Assembly: GCA_000320545.1 (NCBI GenBank)
Contig: ADNK01001910.1
Span: 1-39,434, forward strand
Origin: Bigelowiella natans CCMP2755
Taxonomy: Eukaryota; Protista; Cercozoa
Length of the DNA stretch: 39,434 bases
Reading direction: 5' to 3'
In this document: positions 36,360 through 39,434 of the stretch, piece by piece
How the letters are laid out: every line of letters starts with the position of its first letter
How positions within the stretch are numbered: position 1 is the first letter of the stretch
Notes under the pieces: generated by a model
Seen by the model: only the letters and a program-made list of their open reading frames with translations
What the model was told of the DNA's origin: nothing
Database searches by the model: none
Translations under genes and position numbers: made by a program

Positions 36360-38033
36360 ATGGTTGAGGAAAGAAAGACCTCATATAAAACAACAAAGGG
36401 AAGCGAGTTGATGAGTCGTGACGTGGATTACTCACGCTTAGCGAAGAATTGCCGTTGTATGAGAGCAAGAAACATGCGCGTGTGGTACTTGTGGTTGAGC
36501 ATCTAGAAATAAGATCCCATCAAAACGAACCGAGGAACCAACAGACTTCAGATTTTTCAATAAGCAAAACCATTTTGGCGGATGAAAACCTGATATTCTT
36601 CCCAATTGTAGGAGTCAGAACGCCGTTGCAATACGCGGTGGTATTTGCGCTCGGTATTAGTCTTCTCGCCATGATCTCGACTTTAAGGTGCCCACCCCAC
36701 CCCCCTGTCCCTGCCTCCGAATTCTAGTTTGGATGATTTCATTGGATATAATAAAACGAACATCTTCGATAGCTCTTACAACGCACTTCTATACCTGCAC
36801 AAACACCCCTCACCGTTTATGCTTGAACACTCCTTTAGGTCAGTGAGCAGGGCCTCGCCCCGCAGTTTAAGAACTGGAGCAAGCTCTCTGGTAATAGCTA
36901 TATGAATCAGGAATTCTCTGCGAAATTCTCTGATTGCGTGTGATGTGAGAGACGAGGAGACCTCGCAAGTTGTAAATCGCACCGCCCACAGCTTCCAATC
37001 TTACCAGCCCACTCCCTCTCCGCACTGTTTTGCAGACCTCACGTTCTCCGTTATCGACTATGCTATCGTCCCCAAAGTGCAGTACCAAGCAAAGCAGGGC
37101 GTTGAACAAAGTGTTCAGTATAGGAAGGAGGGGGGCCTATGTGCCAAAGCAGGTTGAGCTAAAAACCTGTTCTTTCTCTCCCACCCACATACTCTCTACA
37201 TGTACACACTTTCATTTTATTTGATATGTGTGATTGTGGATGTGTAAGTGCGGTAGAGAGGCGGTGTGTGCCTTTCTGTCTGTCTGCATGTGTGTGTGTG
37301 TGTGTGCGTGATTGAGAAAGTATTTATCGGAACCTTTGAGTAGACGCGAAAACGCTATTTCGGAGCATTCATCAATCGCATCGCTGCTCAGCATTATTTC
37401 CCCATTCATCCCCATTTGACATTCCATTTCAGTCTGATTACCATTTCCCAGTTGTTTGTATTCCACCACCTTCTAAACCCTCCTCGGTTTCTTCCTCCCA
37501 CTCCGGCAGATGGAGATGCCATCAGCAGCCCTTGGCGGAAGCAGCCAAAGACCCGCCACACGTGTGTTCTCTACCGAAACAAAGCAGGAGAAAAAACCTG
37601 TGGAACTTCCCACGAATGACAACAAGTAAGAGGGGGTGCCGCATGTTAGGGGGGGAGGGGAGGGGAGAGGAGCCGGGCGGGGGAAAGGAGAAGTGTATTG
37701 CATAGATATGCGGCTAGAATTTGTTTGCTCTTTCTTCCCGCTATCATTTGCATGCCTGAATCATCGCAGTATCACTAACGCCCAAACGCATGCACGTACG
37801 CTCATTGTGTGTGTGTGTGTGTGCGTGTGTGTACATGCATGTTTCATAAAGATCTTGAGTGCGATATCTGGTGTTTGTCTGCTGCATGCATACACGATAT
37901 AACAGCCCCAACCTGCTTCGTATCCGGCACACCTCTGCCCACGTGATGGCTATGGCCGTCCAAAGACTCTTTCCAAAAGCACAAGTCACCATAGGCCCTT
38001 GGGTTGACAACGGTAAGGAGAGAATACAGCATA

Positions 38034-38075
<42 letters not shown>

Positions 38076-38971
38076 TATAAATACGTATTATTATGTTTGG
38101 GGGCCCATTTGTGTTCTTTTGTTTTAAGTATTTTGGTTATTTTTTTCCCTCTTTTTTTTCTTTTCCCCCGGGAATGCGGATTGCTTCCCCCCCCCCCCCT
38201 TCCCCTCTCCCTCATTTTTTCCTCTCCCTGCTGCAGGCTTTTATTACGACTTCTACAATCCAGAGACTCCCTTCCAAGAGGTTGGAAGAAGTGAAGCATA
38301 GCCAGCAAGTTGTGTGGAGAGGCGGGGGGGGGGGGGGTGGGGGATAGGGGGGATCCGAAAGCGTTCCCCATCTTTCCTTTCCATCTCTCCGTCATGTAAA
38401 CTGTTCGAATTTCGAAAAGCAAAACGCAGCTTTACTGAGCATACAAACCCCCCCCCCCCCCCCTCCCCCCCCCACACCATCTTGGCGACACGACAGGAGG
38501 ACCTCAAGAAGATTAAGAAGGAAATGGAACGCATCATCAAAGCCAACCTCCCCCTAGTGAGAGAGGTCGGCCTCGCGCACACGAGCAGAATCATCGTAGC
38601 CGCTTTCCCCGTCGAGCGACTTGTTTAGGCAATTCGTCTCGTACTAGATCCATGCAAGTGAGAGAGAACAACCTAACTCTATCGCTTGATGCCAACATTC
38701 CTTCGTAGGAGGTGACGCGCGAGGAAGCTAGAAAGCGTATTGAGGCCGTCAAAGAGCCTTACAAGCTCGAAATCCTCGACGCTATTAAGGTAGTCTGACG
38801 GCGATTGCGGCAATCAGCGGCGCCGCGTGTTTGTGTGTGGATGGTGGAAGGTGATTGGTTTCGCATTCGACTCTCATCGACGTCGAGATGTTGATTGAGA
38901 ATGCACTATGATGAGCTTTGGGTGCTGTATGGGCTGATATAACATCATATTTTAATCTATGTATCAACATG

Positions 38972-39016
<45 letters not shown>

Positions 39017-39225
39017 CCTCCCTATTCCCCCCCCCGCCCCCTTCCCCTCCTAGGAGGAGCCGATTACCATATATCACGTGGGAGACGAATGGTGGGACCT
39101 GTGCGCAGGTTGTGAGTGGTTTTGTTGGAGTAGTAGAAAGTAGCAGCGCTTGGTGTAAATTTACGTGATGTTTTTGATCGAAGACGAGGCATGTGAAAAG
39201 TCCCCGACTCCCTCTTTCTTCATGC

Positions 39226-39266
<41 letters not shown>

Positions 39267-39434
39267 GTATATAATTGATCGTGTGTGCGTGTGTGTAAGT
39301 CTTCGAGGCTATCATTTACATTCCCAGCATTCCTCCCAACAACACGAGGTGTATTGTTGTTGTTGTTGGCTGTGTTGCGCAGGCCCTCACGTCGAATCGA
39401 CGGGGAAACTTCCGAGAAACGCGATTGAGTGCAA
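36360..39434 (+). CDS. thrS: Organellar (plastid/cyanobacterial-type) threonyl-tRNA synthetase, 5' part; runs off the end of the window
   Basis: Signal-like exon [14 protein letters not shown], Ser/Arg-rich transit exons, then LPTNDN|[37 protein letters not shown]|[32 protein letters not shown], and [18 protein letters not shown]|PHVESTG. Start is ATG 36360 or 36411 (in frame). Confidence 0.93.

Overview
This is intron-rich eukaryotic nuclear DNA with microsatellite-laden introns and no prokaryotic features. Two genes carry signal-peptide plus transit-peptide presequences on plastid-type proteins, which points to an alga with a complex plastid, most likely a chlorarachniophyte (inference). 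Manual splicing gives eight protein genes and one tRNA: an ERG4/ERG24-family sterol reductase with an unexplained N-terminal extension (-); one ~29-exon gene encoding a complete DNA polymerase eta core spliced in frame to a complete Rev1 (+); a pseudokinase-ankyrin protein (-); a two-domain DJ-1/PfpI (Hsp31-like) protein starting MGCKQS (-); tRNA-Lys(CUU) (-); an intronless UDP-sugar pyrophosphorylase (-); a divergent XAP5/FAM50-domain protein (+); plastid ribosomal protein S9 (-); and the 5' part of a plastid-type threonyl-tRNA synthetase (+). The standout is the Pol eta-Rev1 fusion, which puts two Y-family translesion polymerases in one polypeptide. A second pattern is non-coding: all five spacers downstream of gene 3' ends are rich in CTAG/CATG palindromes and share a (CATG)GCTAGATGG motif, while the three head-to-head promoter spacers lack them. 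All gene models were spliced by eye and have no transcript support.
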